Shown: piece after piece, positions 36,702-46,828 of the stretch | Numbering within the stretch: the first letter of the stretch is position 1 | Layout of the letters: each line of letters starts with the position of its first letter | Origin: a candidate division FCPU426 bacterium | Lineage (GTDB): Bacteria; Oederibacteriota; JAAXVQ01; JAUVAV01 | Assembly (NCBI GenBank): GCA_040756875.1 | Contig: JBFLYH010000001.1 | Coordinates: 1,116,878 to 1,180,877 of the forward strand | DNA length: 64,000 nucleotides | Direction: 5' to 3' | The notes under the pieces: generated by a model | Told to the model about the DNA's origin: nothing | What the model saw: the letters and a program-made list of their open reading frames with translations, nothing else | The model's database searches: none | Made by a program: the position numbers and the translations under genes

Positions 36702-38567
36702 TCAGACGAACCTTCCCCGCCGCCCCGCCTGCTTGCCCCGGGCTTTGTGAGTTTCCAGTTTCTGCTCGTAGGTAAAAAACACTTCGCGTTTGGTAAGCAT
36801 GCCGAGCAGGCGGTGGTCTTGCGCGTCCAGGACAGGAAGTTCCTCGCTGTCGAAACGGGCGAACTCCGTAATGGCTTGATGCAAATTTTGCTCGGGGGTC
36901 ACGAAGGGGAACGGAAACTTGGCAATGTCGACGGCCAGGATCAGCTTGGGGGCCCATTCCCCTTCCAGCAGCAGTTCCCGAAGATCCTCAAACGCAATCA
37001 CGCCTTTGACCACATTTTGTTTTGTGACCATGGGCAACAGGTGCTGTTCCTTGCCGCTGAATTTGTCCAGAATCTCGGCGAGCGGGGTGTTGAAGAGTAC
37101 GGTGACCGGCTTGGTCCGCAGGGCCTTGGTGTCCGCAATCGTGAGTCCCTCGAGGAGATCCGCGATGAAATCCCCCTGATGGGCGGGCGAATCGATGGTG
37201 CTGGCCGCCTGCCGCTCGTACAAGGACACGCGGTGGTTGAACAACACCGCGATGGCCGAGACCAGCATCATGGGGATCAGCAGGCCGTAACCGCCGGTCA
37301 TTTCCGCCACTAAAATGATGCTGGCAATGGGTACTTTGGCCACGCCGGCAAAAAAACCGCCCATGCCCACCACCACCAGAGCCGTGGGGTCCGGCATCCA
37401 ACTCGGCGGCAGCCAGCCCTGCAGCGACGCCCCCAACCCACCGCCCAACATCGCTCCGATGAACAGGGACGGCGCGAAAACGCCTCCCGAACCGCCGGAA
37501 CTGATGGTAAAAGACGTGGCGAGGATCTTGCCTACGACCAGGAGCAGCATCAAGTGGGCGGTCAGGCTGCGGCTCATGGCTTGCTGCATGACATTATAGC
37601 CGCCGCCCCAGACCTGGGGCAAAAACAGCACCAACAACCCGAGCAGCAGCCCGCCCAGGGCGGGTTTTAACCAGGCCGGCAGGGGCAGCGGTTTGAAAAA
37701 ACGGTCCCGCAGGCCGTAAAAGCAGCGCACATAAACGCTCCCCATCAGGGCGCAAGCCAGACCCAGGCCCGCATAGACCACGAGTTCTTCCGCGGCGTGG
37801 AAATGCAGCTGCGGGATGACGAACAGCTGTTCCTGGCCGACGAGCCGGATATAGAGGGAGAACGACGTCAGGGAGGCGATGATCGCCGGAATCAGGGCTT
37901 CGGTCTCCAGTTCGTGGTTGCGGTACAGGACTTCGGTGACGAACAAGGCGGCGCCGAGCGGGGCCTGAAAGATGGCGGAAATCCCGGCCGCCGCCCCGGC
38001 CAGCACCATGAGACGGCGGTCCTGGATCGACACCTTGAGCCAGCGCCCGAGGAGCGAGCCAAAGCCGGCGCCGATCTGCGCAATGGGGCCTTCGCGGCCC
38101 GCCGAACCGCCGCTGCCTATTACCGCCGCCGAGGCGAGGGTTTTCACCAGCGGCACCCGCGCCCGGATCAAACCCCGGCCGCGGTGGAAACTGTCAATGA
38201 CCGCGTCGGTTCCATGCCCTTCCGCCTCGGGCGCGATCCAAAACACCAGCACGCCGGAAATCAATCCGCCCAGCGCGGGGATCAGGGGGATGAGCCACCA
38301 CCAGGGGCGGCCCCAGAGGATGTGGATCGTGCCGGGGAGAGAGGCAGTGCTTGGCGCCAGCCGGTGCAGCCAGGCTTCGGTAAAAAGGTTCTGGGACAAC
38401 TCCAGCAACAGGCGGAACAGCCAGGCGCCGAACCCGCCGACCAAACCGATGAGGAACCCGAAAAAAATCCAGCGGCCGATGAGATGGAATTCGCCGCTCG
38501 ACCATAACTGGTTCAGCCAGCCGGTGATTTTCAGTTGGATCGAATTCAGAAGGCGGGGGATCTTCAT
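36702..38567 (-). CDS. ClC family chloride channel / H+-Cl- antiporter with tandem CBS domains
   Basis: GHGTD, GREGP and GGVFAP motifs; C-terminal CBS pair. Confidence 0.92.
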   Translation of the reverse strand: MKIPRLLNSIQLKITGWLNQLWSSGEFHLIGRWIFFGFLIGLVGGFGAWLFRLLLELSQNLFTEAWLHRLAPSTASLPGTIHILWGRPWWWLIPLIPALGGLISGVLVFWIAPEAEGHGTDAVIDSFHRGRGLIRARVPLVKTLASAAVIGSGGSAGREGPIAQIGAGFGSLLGRWLKVSIQDRRLMVLAGAAAGISAIFQAPLGAALFVTEVLYRNHELETEALIPAIIASLTSFSLYIRLVGQEQLFVIPQLHFHAAEELVVYAGLGLACALMGSVYVRCFYGLRDRFFKPLPLPAWLKPALGGLLLGLLVLFLPQVWGGGYNVMQQAMSRSLTAHLMLLLVVGKILATSFTISSGGSGGVFAPSLFIGAMLGGGLGASLQGWLPPSWMPDPTALVVVGMGGFFAGVAKVPIASIILVAEMTGGYGLLIPMMLVSAIAVLFNHRVSLYERQAASTIDSPAHQGDFIADLLEGLTIADTKALRTKPVTVLFNTPLAEILDKFSGKEQHLLPMVTKQNVVKGVIAFEDLRELLLEGEWAPKLILAVDIAKFPFPFVTPEQNLHQAITEFARFDSEELPVLDAQDHRLLGMLTKREVFFTYEQKLETHKARGKQAGRRGRFV

Positions 38568-38625
38568 TACGGACAATCGTCCGCATTCAGACTATGGGGC
38601 ATGAGACAACATCGCGGTGCCTCCA

Positions 38626-40113
38626 TCATTCACGCGCCCATTCGCGGGAGCGGGCCACCGCTTCCTGCCAGCGTTCCCGGTGGTTTCTCCGTTCCTCCTC
38701 GGACCAGTGCGGCTGAAACACGCGCCCCACGGTCAGGAAACGGTGCCGGGCTTCCTCTTCGGTCCAGAACCCGGCGCTGATTCCGGCCATCAGGCCGATG
38801 CCGACCAGCCCGGAATCGAGGTGTTCAGGCCTTTCGATGGGCAAGCCGGTGATGTCGGCCTGGAATTGCAGCAGGAAATTGTTGCCGGCTCCCGCGCCGT
38901 CCGCCCGCAGGCGCTGGATGGCATGCGGTGAGGCTTTGCTCAAGGTCTGCAGGTTGTCCGCCAACAGCTGCGCCACGCCCTCGAGCGCGGCCCGGGCGAT
39001 GTGCTGCCGCGTGGTGCGGAAATTCAATCCCAGCAGGGTCCCGCGCGCCTGGGGGTCGAAATAAGGCGCGGCCAGCCCGGCGAAAGCGGGCACCAGATAC
39101 ACGCCCGCCGTATCCGGAACTTCGGCAGCCAGGGTTTCGCACTCCTCGTACGAAGTCAGCAGGCCGAGGGCGTCCTTCAACCATTGCACCACCACCCCGC
39201 TGCCGGGCAGCTGGGCTTCCAGGCAATAGGTGGCGTGATGGTCCCGCCGCCAGGCCAGGGTCGTCAGGATTTCCCCGCGAATCAGGCTTTCAGAGCCGAT
39301 GCTTTGCTGCAGAAACAGATTTTTGCCGTAATGAACGCGTCCCACGGCCGGATCGCCCGCGGTCAGCGCGAAAAAGCCCGCTTGGTGGCCGCAATTCATG
39401 GCCAACACCGGCACGGAGATGCCCAGCACGGAAGGATCGATCTCGCCGATAAATCCCCGGGAAGGCATGATGCGCGGCAACAATACCGCGGGGATCCCGA
39501 AAGTAGCCAGCAACTGGGGTTCCCATTGATGGGAGTTGAGGTCGTACAGCATGGTGCGGGAGGCATTGGCCGGTTCGGTGGCGTGCAGGCGGCCGCGGGT
39601 CAGCTGCCACAGGATCCAGGAGTCCATGCTTCCGAACGCCAGCTCGCCGGCGCGGGCCTGCTCCCGGGCCTCGGGCACATGATCCAGGATCCAGGCGATT
39701 TTGGCTGCGCAGGTCGTGGGGTCCAAAAACAAGCCCGTGCGGTAATGCAGCATGGGTTCCCGGCGGTTGTTGCGCAGCACGCGCACGATGGGTTCGGAGC
39801 GGCGGTCGGCGCCGCCAATGGCGGGATAGATCGGTTTTCCGGTGGCGCGGTTCCAAATCAGGAGGTCGCCGCAGTGGTTGGCGAGGGCCAGGCCCCGGAT
39901 CCGGTCCGCGCCCACCGTGTCGACGACTTTCATCAAAGCGCGCTGGGTCGCCTGCCAAATTTCCTCGGGTTGATGTTCGATCCATCCGGCTTGGGGAAAA
40001 TGCTGGCTGTATTCGCTCTCAGCTGACGCCAGTGTGCCCAGGTCGCGGTCCAAGGCCTGAACGCGGAGTCCCAGGGTTTCCAGTTCCACTACCAGCAGCA
40101 AATCAGCGCTCAT
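38626..40113 (-). CDS. Glycerol-kinase-like FGGY protein with degenerate catalytic and substrate residues
   Basis: Scaffold motifs present (GWIEH, NASRT, VPAFAGLAAPY, HIARAALE, NNFLLQFQAD); DQGTTS, NQRET and GDQQ are absent. Confidence 0.8.
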   Translation of the reverse strand: MSADLLLVVELETLGLRVQALDRDLGTLASAESEYSQHFPQAGWIEHQPEEIWQATQRALMKVVDTVGADRIRGLALANHCGDLLIWNRATGKPIYPAIGGADRRSEPIVRVLRNNRREPMLHYRTGLFLDPTTCAAKIAWILDHVPEAREQARAGELAFGSMDSWILWQLTRGRLHATEPANASRTMLYDLNSHQWEPQLLATFGIPAVLLPRIMPSRGFIGEIDPSVLGISVPVLAMNCGHQAGFFALTAGDPAVGRVHYGKNLFLQQSIGSESLIRGEILTTLAWRRDHHATYCLEAQLPGSGVVVQWLKDALGLLTSYEECETLAAEVPDTAGVYLVPAFAGLAAPYFDPQARGTLLGLNFRTTRQHIARAALEGVAQLLADNLQTLSKASPHAIQRLRADGAGAGNNFLLQFQADITGLPIERPEHLDSGLVGIGLMAGISAGFWTEEEARHRFLTVGRVFQPHWSEEERRNHRERWQEAVARSREWARE

Positions 40114-40147
40114 CGGCCCTCAATCCTCTCGCGGCCCGCGAAAATCG

Positions 40148-40399
40148 TCAGTTCCAAGGGCACGCGCCGTTGGCACAGCTGCCGCACCCGGACTCCGGCT
40201 CCGGTGAACCGCCCTCTACTTCTTCCCCGCCGGAAAACTTGATCGGTGATCCTTTTATGGTGATGCCCGGGGCGGTGAAAACCCGCCGGCCCGGAGCCTG
40301 GCATTGGGGGCAGGCGGAAGGCTCGGAAGCGGCAGTCATGGGTTTGTCCACTTCGAACCGCTGGCCGCAAGCCGTGCACGAATAAACATACCGGGCCAT
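40148..40399 (-). CDS. FmdB family zinc-ribbon protein
   Basis: YVYSCTACG...CPQC and C-terminal CGSCxxGAC. Confidence 0.88.
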   Translation of the reverse strand: MARYVYSCTACGQRFEVDKPMTAASEPSACPQCQAPGRRVFTAPGITIKGSPIKFSGGEEVEGGSPEPESGCGSCANGACPWN

Positions 40400-40400
40400 C

Positions 40401-40823
40401 CTACCGCTCCCTCCGGAGGGCGAATTGCGCGCGCATGATCACAAACGCCACGCCCACCGCCGTCAGCGGCACTCCCAGCAGCAGGGCGCCCAACCAGGCG
40501 CCGCCCCGCACCCAGGCCAGGATGAGCGGCAGGAGTCCGGCCACGGCCAAGGCCGTGCCGAAAGGAACGGGTGCGCGCCGCGCCATCAGCACTAAAATCA
40601 GCATGGCTGCGCCTGGCGCCAGGACCACCGGATAATACCACCAGACTTTCGTGCCCAGCGCGGATAGCAGGCCGAAAATAAGCCAGAAGCACCCCAAGAA
40701 AACCCCGGCACCCAGGAGCAGCCAGGCGGGCCAGGCCGGGTGGCTGCTGGCCGCATCCGAATCAGCGACCGCTTTGGCCGCGCTGAGTTTGAAAGGACCG
40801 CCTGTGGGAACCGTCGCGCTCAT
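40401..40823 (-). CDS. Hypothetical membrane protein
   Basis: 4 hydrophobic segments; ATGA overlap with the upstream GATase gene. Confidence 0.65.
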   Translation of the reverse strand: MSATVPTGGPFKLSAAKAVADSDAASSHPAWPAWLLLGAGVFLGCFWLIFGLLSALGTKVWWYYPVVLAPGAAMLILVLMARRAPVPFGTALAVAGLLPLILAWVRGGAWLGALLLGVPLTAVGVAFVIMRAQFALRRER

Positions 40824-41527
40824 ACTTCAGTCACCGAATCCCAGAATCGCCGTATTAACTGGCGTCCATACAGGGAAGCCACCTGCCCGACCGTGCCGGC
40901 CTGTTCAGCCAGTTTGTGCCGTGAAAGGCCGTGCAAGCGGACCAGCGTTTCCTCGTGTTCGCGGGCGAATCCTTCGGCCATTTCCGGCGTGACTTCCAGA
41001 TGGAACTGGAATCCCCAGGCATGGCCGTGGCGGAACGCCTGGTTGGGGTATTCGTCCGTCGAAGCCAGGCGGATCGCGCCCTGGGGCAGCTCGAATCCCT
41101 GTTCATGCCACTGAAAGACAGGCAGTTCCATGGGAAACCCGAGCAGCAACGCATCCTTCACGCCGTCGTAGGTCAGCATTACGCGCGAATATCCGATCTC
41201 CGCCCTCGGACCGTTGGTCACTTGGGCGCCCAGGGCCGCGGCCATTAACTGGGCCCCCAGGCACACGCCCAGTACGTGCACATCCATCTCCAGCAACCGC
41301 CGCAGGTATTCCAATTCCTTGATTAAAAAAGGATGCTGTTCGGTGTCGTCGACATTCATGGAACCGCCCAGCACGATCGCGGCCAGCGTGTCTTCAGGCT
41401 GCGGCAGCGGCTGCCCCTGCCAGAGCCGGACATATTCAAAGCGGGCGTACCAGCGTTTCAACTCTTCTTCCCAAACGCCCAGGGGTTCGCTTTCAGCATG
41501 TTGCAGTACGTAGAGTTTCTTCATCAT
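40820..41527 (-). CDS. Class I glutamine amidotransferase (GMP-synthase-like)
   Basis: LGVCLGAQL nucleophile and FQFHLE. Confidence 0.92.
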   Translation of the reverse strand: MMKKLYVLQHAESEPLGVWEEELKRWYARFEYVRLWQGQPLPQPEDTLAAIVLGGSMNVDDTEQHPFLIKELEYLRRLLEMDVHVLGVCLGAQLMAAALGAQVTNGPRAEIGYSRVMLTYDGVKDALLLGFPMELPVFQWHEQGFELPQGAIRLASTDEYPNQAFRHGHAWGFQFHLEVTPEMAEGFAREHEETLVRLHGLSRHKLAEQAGTVGQVASLYGRQLIRRFWDSVTEV

Positions 41528-41684
41528 TCCATTCCCAAGTTTTTTCTGTCCGGGTTGCCACAGAGAGCACAGAGATTTCAGGAGTATGGAATCCGCAAAA
41601 AGGCGCTGTGTTCCCTATGAACTCCGCGATTCAAACTGCTTTTATTAATACACCAGATACGCGCTTTTCGCAACCCGTTTCGTT

Positions 41685-42491
41685 TTAAGGCCGAAACAAC
41701 ATGCAATGGGCAGCCAGCCGGGCGCCGAGTGATTCCAGCAATCCCCGCCCGGCTTCGTTGTCCGCATTGGCGGCGGCGACGAAGGCTTTTCCCGCCGCCA
41801 TCTCCCGCCGGGCTACGTAGGCCAGCAGGTACCGGCCGTACCCTTTGCCGCGCGCCTGGGCCACGACGATCGGAGACACCGTGACATAGCGGTCGGTCTG
41901 CGGCACGACGTAAGCCACGGCTAGGATTTCGCGGCCGGCTTGCAGGCGATAATGCCGCCACAACGCGAGGCTTTTCATCAGCGCCATTTCGTCCGGAATG
42001 CCGCCGTCCTCCGGCGCCACCGAGGAATAAATCGAAAGCAGGTCCTGCGCGTCTTCCAACCGGCTTTCCACGATCCGGGTTTGTGCATCTTCCACCCAGT
42101 CCGGCTCGCGGTCCAGAAGATACAGCGCGGACGCCGCCTGGTTCGGCAGGCGCAAGTCGAGCAGGAGCGGAAAACCGGAAGGGTCGTCGGTCCGGCCCAT
42201 GACTTGGCGTGGTTTGAGACGGTCGATGATCTCGACCAGAAGCTGCCGGGCGTATTTCGCAGGGCCGACGTCCAGATAAAACTCCGGCAGGAGCGGCGAC
42301 TCGGCCGGTAAAAAGGTTTCCTGGGTCAAAATCGCGTAGCCCAGGGAATGCCCCATCTCTTCCACCTGGTAGGCCTGACCCATCCGGCACCAGGCCTCAT
42401 GAAAATCCGGAATGACGGGCAAACCCAGCTGCCCGCGATATTTGCGGCGCCAAGCCTCCAGGGCTTCCGGCTTGATCGGCCTAAGTTCCAC
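41685..42491 (-). CDS. GNAT family N-acetyltransferase
   Basis: ARGKGYG acetyl-CoA motif and NEAGRGLLESLG. Confidence 0.8.
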   Translation of the reverse strand: MELRPIKPEALEAWRRKYRGQLGLPVIPDFHEAWCRMGQAYQVEEMGHSLGYAILTQETFLPAESPLLPEFYLDVGPAKYARQLLVEIIDRLKPRQVMGRTDDPSGFPLLLDLRLPNQAASALYLLDREPDWVEDAQTRIVESRLEDAQDLLSIYSSVAPEDGGIPDEMALMKSLALWRHYRLQAGREILAVAYVVPQTDRYVTVSPIVVAQARGKGYGRYLLAYVARREMAAGKAFVAAANADNEAGRGLLESLGARLAAHCMLFRP

Positions 42492-42957
42492 TGCTCCCGC
42501 TCCCCTGCATGCGTTCCACCGGGATCAAAATTTCCGTCTGCCAGCTGCTTTCGTCGGAAGGAGAGCCGGCCAGATAGTACTCCCGGGCCGGACCCGCGAT
42601 GCGGTAACCGTGTTCCGGAATCCAGGCGGTCAGGCGCTGATAGGCGGCTTCCAGGCCGTCCCAGGGGCCGGCGTGGAACTCGCTGGCAGCCAGCATCACG
42701 CTCTGAACCACAACCGTGACCTCCCCGTCGCCCGTACATTCACCGGCCAATTCCACGGCCGCGGCGAAATGGGCGCGCTCCCGGTCGAACCCGGGCACGT
42801 TGTCATAGATGATGGCCAGCCGGTCCCCTTTGACCGGCACGCGCCGCGCGCGGACATATTCCTCCAGTTGCGCGAAACACGCGGGCAGTTCCCGCAGGCT
42901 GCCCCGCATTTCCAGGCACAGCAATTTCCCGGATTCCACCTGCTTGATGTCCGGCAT
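42481..42957 (-). CDS. GyrI-like small-molecule-binding protein
   Basis: HAGPWDGL, AYQRLTAW, GPAREYY and TEILIPV. Confidence 0.85.
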   Translation of the reverse strand: MPDIKQVESGKLLCLEMRGSLRELPACFAQLEEYVRARRVPVKGDRLAIIYDNVPGFDRERAHFAAAVELAGECTGDGEVTVVVQSVMLAASEFHAGPWDGLEAAYQRLTAWIPEHGYRIAGPAREYYLAGSPSDESSWQTEILIPVERMQGSGSSGT

Positions 42958-42976
42958 GCCAACCTCCTCGCAGCCC

Positions 42977-43657
42977 CTAGGGCTTGTCCAGGCTTTGCAA
43001 CAGGGTTCGGGCGAGCTGCAGGGCATCCTGCTGCTCCCCGCCTTCCAGGCGTTTCACCGCCTCGGTCAAAAGTTTCCGGGCCTCATCGTCATCGCCCCGC
43101 GCCTTGACCAGGCGGGCCAGGTTGATGTACGCAGGGCCGTAATCCGGATAGCGTTTCAGGCAGGCGCGGTAATTCTTTTCCGCTTCAGCGTACTTTTTCA
43201 GCTGGGTATTCAGACTCCCCAGGTAAAAATGCACCGCCGGTTCCTCCGGGTCCAATTGCAGGATTTGGTTCAGGACTTCCTCGGCGGCCGCATAGTCCTC
43301 TTTTTCCACGGCTTGAAAGAACTTCTGGTACCTGGGCCACTTCTGGATGAAGAGGCGGTACGCTTTGGCATGCGGGTCCTTGGGGCGGATAGCCAGCAGG
43401 ATCTCCATGGCCTCCAGTCCGCTGCTGTAGTCATAATGCCGGGCTTGAGGATTGAAGGCCTCGCCCGGCGCGATCAAGAGCGGCAGTTCGCGGGGCAGCC
43501 CGAACAAAGCGTTTTTCCAGGAAGGAACCTCGACCATGACCAGGCGGGGCTTCCCGGCCACGGGCGTCTGCCGGGCTTCCGCGGCCGCGGCCAGCGACGG
43601 CAACACGGCACACACTCCCAGCATCCAACAGAATCCACAGAGAACGATCCGGCGCAT
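42977..43657 (-). CDS. Secreted TPR protein
   Basis: Signal peptide after GGAGG; C-terminal TPR repeats. Confidence 0.75.
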   Translation of the reverse strand: MRRIVLCGFCWMLGVCAVLPSLAAAAEARQTPVAGKPRLVMVEVPSWKNALFGLPRELPLLIAPGEAFNPQARHYDYSSGLEAMEILLAIRPKDPHAKAYRLFIQKWPRYQKFFQAVEKEDYAAAEEVLNQILQLDPEEPAVHFYLGSLNTQLKKYAEAEKNYRACLKRYPDYGPAYINLARLVKARGDDDEARKLLTEAVKRLEGGEQQDALQLARTLLQSLDKP

Positions 43658-43665
43658 AATTCCTC

Positions 43666-44370
43666 CTAGCAGAGATTGAGTACGCTCCGCAACGATGCCG
43701 CCTGCCTCACTTCCGGCGGTCCGTCGGAGCCGCCCTCGCGCGTCAGCCACAAGGCGTCCAGGCCTGCGGCCCTGGCGCCCATGACGTCGTCCTGCAGCGA
43801 ATCGCCGATATGCAGCGCTTCGTCCGCGGCTACGCCGGCGCGCTGCAGCGCGAGCCTGAAGATGCCGGGGTCCGGTTTGGCCACGCCTACCACGGCCGAC
43901 GCCAGAATGAAGTCCACTTGGGGCGTCAGGCCCAGCCCCGCGCAGATCCGTTCCAGCCGCGAATCCCAGTTGGAGACGATCCCCACCACCGCGCCCCGCC
44001 CCCGGCAGGCGGCAAGCACTTCCCTGGTTTCGGGAAAAAGCCGCCACACCCTTTCGCTGGCGAAGAGGTCGTATAGGTCCTCGAAAAACGGGTCGAACCG
44101 CCGGATGCCGCCCGCGCGATCCATGACTGCGCGCACCAGGCCGCGCCACCATTCGTGTTCATCCGCCGGCGCGAGATAACGGACCGCCCGCTGCTCCCAT
44201 TCGGCGCGGAAATAATCCTCCAAGGCTTGCGGATCGCATTCCAGGCCGTGCCGCTGCGCCACATCGGCATACCAGGCGCCCACCGAGGGGTGCACGGCGA
44301 ACAGGGTGTTCCCCGCATCGAAGAAAATGGCGCGGTATTTCCGGTGCGGCGCCCCGGCAGGGATTGTCAC
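43666..44370 (-). CDS. HAD superfamily hydrolase (subfamily IA)
   Basis: FFDAGNTL, VSNWD, KPDPGIF and IGDSLQDD. Confidence 0.92.
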   Translation of the reverse strand: MTIPAGAPHRKYRAIFFDAGNTLFAVHPSVGAWYADVAQRHGLECDPQALEDYFRAEWEQRAVRYLAPADEHEWWRGLVRAVMDRAGGIRRFDPFFEDLYDLFASERVWRLFPETREVLAACRGRGAVVGIVSNWDSRLERICAGLGLTPQVDFILASAVVGVAKPDPGIFRLALQRAGVAADEALHIGDSLQDDVMGARAAGLDALWLTREGGSDGPPEVRQAASLRSVLNLC

Positions 44371-45182
44371 TTCACCTGGCCGCGTTCATAAAACGGCAGC
44401 GCTTCCCCCTCCAGGGCTTTCAGGTTCTCGATGCGGTTGGCGGGAACAGGATGGGTGGAAAGGAATTCCGGCATGCCGCCGCCGCCTTTTTGCGCCATCC
44501 GTTCCCAAAAAGGCGCCGCCAGGCGCGGGTCATAACCGGCCCGGGCCATGAGCTGCAGGCCGATGCGGTCCGCTTCGTATTCATGGGACCGGCTGTACGG
44601 CAACACCACGCCCACCGTGGTGCCCACGCCGTAGGCCAACATGAAAAGGTTCTGGGTTTTCTCAGGTTTTTCCTTGAGCGCCGTGGACAGGGCGGCTCCG
44701 CCCAATTCCACCAGCAATTGCTGGCTCATGCGCTCGTTGCCATGCTTGGCCAGGGCGTGCGCCACTTCATGCCCCATAACCACGGCCAAGCCGGCTTCAT
44801 CCTGACACACCGGCAGAATGCCCGTGTAGAAGGCGACCTTGCCGCCGGGCATGCAAAAAGCGTTGATCGTGGCATCGTCCTGAACCAGGTTGAATTCCCA
44901 CTGATAGTTCGGTATTTCCTCGGCCATGCCGTTTTCCCGCATGACCGCTTCCGCGGCCAGGGCAACACGCTGGCCCACGCGCCGCAGCTTGGCGACTTCC
45001 ACGGCATTCTGGGATAGTTTGGCTTGCCCCATCAGCTCTTTGTAATTTTGCGCACCCAAGCTGCTCACTTCCGAGGACGAAACCAGTTCCAGCCGGTTGC
45101 GGCCCGTCAAGGGCACGGTGGAACAACCGGCCCAGACCATCATACCTGCCAACAACAAACCGAACAACGCCAGACGTTTCAT
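44367..45182 (-). CDS. M48 family metallopeptidase lipoprotein
   Basis: Lipobox WAGC, NAFCMPGG, GHEVAHA, EYEAD and FLSTHP. Confidence 0.92.
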   Translation of the reverse strand: MKRLALFGLLLAGMMVWAGCSTVPLTGRNRLELVSSSEVSSLGAQNYKELMGQAKLSQNAVEVAKLRRVGQRVALAAEAVMRENGMAEEIPNYQWEFNLVQDDATINAFCMPGGKVAFYTGILPVCQDEAGLAVVMGHEVAHALAKHGNERMSQQLLVELGGAALSTALKEKPEKTQNLFMLAYGVGTTVGVVLPYSRSHEYEADRIGLQLMARAGYDPRLAAPFWERMAQKGGGGMPEFLSTHPVPANRIENLKALEGEALPFYERGQVK

Positions 45183-45234
45183 CTTTCCACTCCTTGGAGA
45201 TGGTTCTTCCGCCGGACGCACCGGCGGACAGGCC

Positions 45235-46149
45235 TCACAGCCGGCCCATTCCCGGCGGCATGCCCGTACCGCCCATTCCGGCCGGCGGCTCGGAAGATGG
45301 AGCGGATTTGGATACCTGCACGCGCAGGACCGGCAGCCCGGGGCCGGCCAGCCAAAAATACAGGACACTGGCCAGCAGCAGGATATCCCGCATTACGAAC
45401 CTGCCGCCGGGCCGCAGCAGGCTCTTGGTCGCCACCCAGTTAAGGCCCAGCAAGTGGAACGCTGCGATGGCCAGCAGAATGACCAGACCCCAGCGGAACT
45501 GGATGCCCGTGAGCAATATCAAACCGGCCGCGATCTGCAGAACCGCGAGCACGGCCAGCGTCGCGCCGGCCCAGGCGTCCGGAAACAGCGGCAGGTACAT
45601 CATGGCCTTTTTAAGCAGCAGGCCGTAGGCGTGGGCATTCGCCAGTTTGAGGATGCCATCCCAGACGCAGTACACGCCGAACAGAATCCTGAAAGCCAGG
45701 TGGGCGTTTCCCGCCATGGCCGGATAGCCCTGGGCGTGGCGACGCTCGGGATTATAGGGGTCGGTCTCATGCGTGGCCAGCACCAGCGCTGCGCCCAGCC
45801 AGACCAGATTTTTTAAAGCCAGGGGACGAAACGGCCCGATGACCGCATTGACCGCCGGGGTCAAGGGCGCCAGGATCAGCAGGGACAAGGCCATTACCGC
45901 GGCTGTGGCCACGCTGGCTTCCCGGTAATACCAGCCGACCAGCAACGCAGCACCCGTTGCCAGTAAAAACAGGAACCACAGCAGCATGACCTGGCCGGCC
46001 AAAGGCCCGATCAGCGGAAACCCGGCCATCAGGGCGTAGATCTGCTCCTGGTGCACCACCACGTCCCAAGCGGACCACAGGGTGAGAAAACCCAGCCCGA
46101 CTCGCAGATAATAAAGGGCCAAAGGAACGTTTTTAGATTCTAGTGCCAT
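45235..46149 (-). CDS. Membrane protein with two DoxX-like halves
   Basis: Two repeats of LR(V/I)xxG...(KN/RD)-type DoxX patterns; about 8 TM segments. Confidence 0.65.
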   Translation of the reverse strand: MALESKNVPLALYYLRVGLGFLTLWSAWDVVVHQEQIYALMAGFPLIGPLAGQVMLLWFLFLLATGAALLVGWYYREASVATAAVMALSLLILAPLTPAVNAVIGPFRPLALKNLVWLGAALVLATHETDPYNPERRHAQGYPAMAGNAHLAFRILFGVYCVWDGILKLANAHAYGLLLKKAMMYLPLFPDAWAGATLAVLAVLQIAAGLILLTGIQFRWGLVILLAIAAFHLLGLNWVATKSLLRPGGRFVMRDILLLASVLYFWLAGPGLPVLRVQVSKSAPSSEPPAGMGGTGMPPGMGRL

Positions 46150-46281
46150 GCAAGTCACCTCCGGCGCAGCGGCAACAGCAGAATGGAACAATTATATAAT
46201 GCGTTTCCCGGCGGACACCAACCTTTTTTTCCTCCGGATGCATGAAGACCGGAACCGTCCCCAAGCCCTGGAAGCCTTGCC

Positions 46282-46803
46282 TCAGAACTCGATCCCCTGT
46301 CTGGCCTGCTGGTCTTTCCTGTAATAATGCTTGCGGGCTTGGAAATACGTCACCAGGTCCGCCCGGCGCATAAGCGCCGGACCGGCGCCGCGTCCGGTCA
46401 GCACCAGCTCGCAGCGCGGGGGACGCGCGTCCAGGCAGGCCAGCACATCCTTGGCCGTGAGCAGCCCCAGCTTGCGGGCTACCAAAATTTCATCCGCCAC
46501 CACCAGCCAATACCGCCCTGAACGCAGGGCCGCCAGCACGGCCGCCAGGGCGGCCTGAGCCTGCTCCCGGTCGCGTGCACCGGCTGTCCCCCGGATCAGC
46601 TTCGGACCGCCGAACCGGCGCCAGCGCAATCCCCGCTGTTTCCGCAATAGCCGGGCTTCGCCTGAGTCGCGGCCCTTCAGAAATTGTATGAATGCCACGG
46701 GCCAGCCCGCGCCCAGGGCGCGCACAGCCAGCCCCACGGCAGCCGTGGTCTTGCCCTTGCCCGGGCCGGTATAGAGGTGGACGAATCCCCGTTTGACAGT
46801 CAC
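46282..46803 (-). CDS. cobO: Cob(I)alamin adenosyltransferase (CobO/BtuR)
   Basis: YTGPGKGKTTAAVG, IQFLKG, ELVLTGR and GIEF. Confidence 0.92.
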   Translation of the reverse strand: MTVKRGFVHLYTGPGKGKTTAAVGLAVRALGAGWPVAFIQFLKGRDSGEARLLRKQRGLRWRRFGGPKLIRGTAGARDREQAQAALAAVLAALRSGRYWLVVADEILVARKLGLLTAKDVLACLDARPPRCELVLTGRGAGPALMRRADLVTYFQARKHYYRKDQQARQGIEF

Positions 46804-46828
46804 GGTTCGGTCTCCTTTCGGCAGCCGG

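Noticed and set aside
38626-40113. Pseudogene call for the glpK-like ORF
   Set aside because: It is full-length with no stops or frameshifts, so it is reported as a possible pseudoenzyme instead.
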